Assembly: GCA_010405405.1 (NCBI GenBank)
Contig: MU004239.1
Location: 1,054,001-1,118,000, forward strand
Reading direction: 5' to 3'
DNA: 64,000 bases
From: Microthyrium microscopicum
Lineage: Eukaryota
The position numbers were made by a program, and so were the translations under genes. The notes beneath the pieces are model-generated. The model saw only the letters and a list, made by a program, of their open reading frames with translations. It was not told the origin of the DNA and did no database searches. How positions within the stretch are numbered: position 1 is the first letter of the stretch; each line of letters begins with the position of its first letter. This document shows positions 61,762 to 64,000 of this stretch, piece by piece.

Positions 61762-64000
61762 ATGGAACGATCGCGAGATAACGACGCTAACTCGACGAGT
61801 CCGGAACCCGGTAGACCAAGGAAACTCCGAAAAGGCACTCGAAGCTGCTGGGATTGTAAAAAGCGAAAGGTTAAATGCACTTTTGAATCGTTTACAGATA
61901 CAGTATGCATTTCGTGCAAGAGACGTGGAGCACAATGTATTAGCCAAGAGCACCCAGAGGAAGATTATCGAGTCGCTGAAGACAGTCGAGGTAAGAATTC
62001 GCTGTTTCTTGACTTGGAACCAAAAAAGTCGTATTTCCCATCTTATTCGAAGGCTGCCAAAGAATGCGATGGGTGGGTTACGGTTTTGCCACGAAAAGTC
62101 AGGATGGTCTTCCGCTACATTTCTTGACGATATCCGATGAAACCAAAAATTCACATCTCTGCCATCGCATTGGATGGCTCCCATCAGATGCGATAGGAAT
62201 TTCAACGATATCATCCAAAGAGGTTGATGGTCTTTTCGAAGCGGGTCAGCTCCAATCTTGACCTTGTACTGACCATCTTCAGGCGGCCAAGTACTTGAGC
62301 GCGTGGCGAGAGTTGAATCGCTGTTAGAGAGTCTGGTAACAAAACTCGACCAACATGTCAAGTATACTGGGAACTCGAATGGATTGGAGATACCGAAGTC
62401 TGAGGGAACCGTATCCTTGTATGATACTCGATCAAAAGACTCCATAGTGCCCTCTGTATGTGGTCCTCTTCCATGCATGCATCGTAGCTCAATTCCTAAC
62501 GTTCTGTCTATAGAAACGACCCCTCCAACAAAATAAGGAGCTTAAGGTCTGTGAGCTCAAAGTCTGCGAGCAGATGCCCACCCCTGAATCTTCTATTGCA
62601 ACACCAGGAATTTCGACCTCTGGAGATTTTGAATATATGAAGGTAAGGTTTCCCCTGTGGCATCACATTTCTGATCTCAAACGATGGAATCCAAAATCAC
62701 AAGATCTCCCATCGCACTCGATGCCTACCACGCAATGCGTTTCTGTATGAGTGCTATGGCTCCATCGAATGCGATGCGTGTTCCACGTTTCTGTGAAGGA
62801 AATATCGAATGGCCTGTCCAAGGCGTGTTCGTTTTAATCGCAATCTTATACTAATACATCTCAGTTATCACAAACCCTACTTGCAGCATTCCCGTCACAA
62901 AATGATATCGACATTCTTTGCAAGTCGGATTATCAAGCGACTTATTACTTTCACAAAATAATGACTAATGCGGACCATGGTCTCGATCACGAGGCATACA
63001 ACTTCGTCGACGAGCTAGCTCAGATACCAAGTCCTTCCACACATCCAGTTATGATTGCTAAACGCATGCTGATATTTGCATCGTTCTTACAATATTTTCC
63101 ACCTCACACGGTAGCAGAGCTCAGCGAACCGGCCTCAATAGTTATCAAACGACTGACTGATGCCGCTATTCAATTGGTGACCACGAATGACGATTTGGTC
63201 GACTGTATGGAGGGTTTGGAATGTATCGTTTTGGAAGCATGTTTCCAAGCCAATGCTGGCAACCTTCGGCGATCTTGGTATGCTCTGAGGCGAGCGATGT
63301 TAACAGCTCAAATCATGAAGCTGGATAAAGAAAATCAATCGCCGAGGAGGATCGATCCGAGAACCACGGTTGATCCTAAGTTTATGTGGCTTCGTCTGGT
63401 AATCATTGATCGATTTCTCAGCCTTATGCTTGGTCTTGCCGAAGGAAACCCGGGCAAGCTTTCATACGAAAATCTCAGCGCTGCAGATCCAAGGACACAA
63501 CTGGAGTTCATGCAGGCTGAAATCATTGGCCATCTGATCAGGCGAAATGCAACTGATCCATTGGCGCAAGATGTCCGCACGACACAAGACCTCGATGCGC
63601 AGCTACTACGTGTAGCGAAAAGCATGCCTGAGGAGTTTTGGCATCCCCCAAACTTTTCTATCCTGGAAATGAATTCTCAAGATGACTTTTCGGAGACGAG
63701 GCGTCTTGGCTATCAGCTTCATCATTTCAATCTTGTTCATTTGCTTCACCTGCCGTACTTGCTTAGTAGCAATGGCCACAGCTATGACAAATACGCAAAA
63801 TTTACGTGTATCAACGCGAGCCGCGAAATTCTTAGCCGATTTGTTGACTTTCGAAACTTTCACAAGTTCACGACCTGCTGCCGGACCGGCGATTTATTTG
63901 CTTGTAAGATATTTTCCAGTTTTAAACCCCATTTCTATACTCCGTCTGCTGGAATCAAAGACTTCTATATATATAGTATCTCCCATCGCATTTGATGGCC
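61762..64000 (+). CDS. Zn(II)2Cys6 transcription factor with fungal TF middle domain; truncated by window end
   Basis: RKGTRSCWDCKKRKVKC...CISCKRRGAQC, then EGLECIVLE..NAGNLRRSW, DRFLSLMLGL, LLHLPYLL. Introns 61991-62282, 62456-62513, 62643-62864 and 63904->64000 all keep frame. Confidence 0.93.
61991..64000 (+). repeat. Family of homologous intronic palindromic elements (4 copies in 3 introns)
   Basis: Core CCCATCGCATTCGATGG-loop-CCATCGAATGCGATGGG seen in degenerate form at 62037-62073, 62162-62197, 62708-62776 and 63982-64000, with shared flanks. Confidence 0.75.

Overview
Gene-dense chromosomal segment of a filamentous ascomycete (Pezizomycotina). The evidence is the many short GT-AG introns with CTRAY branch points, a Zn2Cys6 factor, a PTH11-like protein and STE3. 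About 25 protein-coding loci can be reconstructed by hand-splicing. Housekeeping genes include RPD3, RPN11, MTO1, LSG1, NEW1/ELF1, an MSC7-like ALDH and a Vps70/Tre-like M28 peptidase. Sex/meiosis-associated families include Spo12, a Mei2-like RRM protein and STE3. Secreted or catabolic enzymes include a carboxylesterase, an alpha/beta hydrolase, an HEXXH peptidase, GH115, an isochorismatase, an SDR and an AidB-like acyl-CoA dehydrogenase. Two small spliced genes are missed by the ORF track. I found no tRNA, rRNA, CRISPR array or intact transposase. Most notable: (1) the RPD3 TAG stop is followed in frame by a 74-codon extension with 4 x 11-aa repeats and an NLS-like tail, a candidate for readthrough or A-to-I stop-loss; (2) three long introns of the Zn2Cys6 gene are mutually homologous and carry a palindromic core (introner-like), with a possibly related inverted repeat 1.2 kb upstream; (3) an alpha1-Mcm1-type QP' element and TATTGAG motifs lie upstream of STE3; (4) several genes carry frame-disrupting lesions. 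All family calls come from motif recognition by eye, not database searches.
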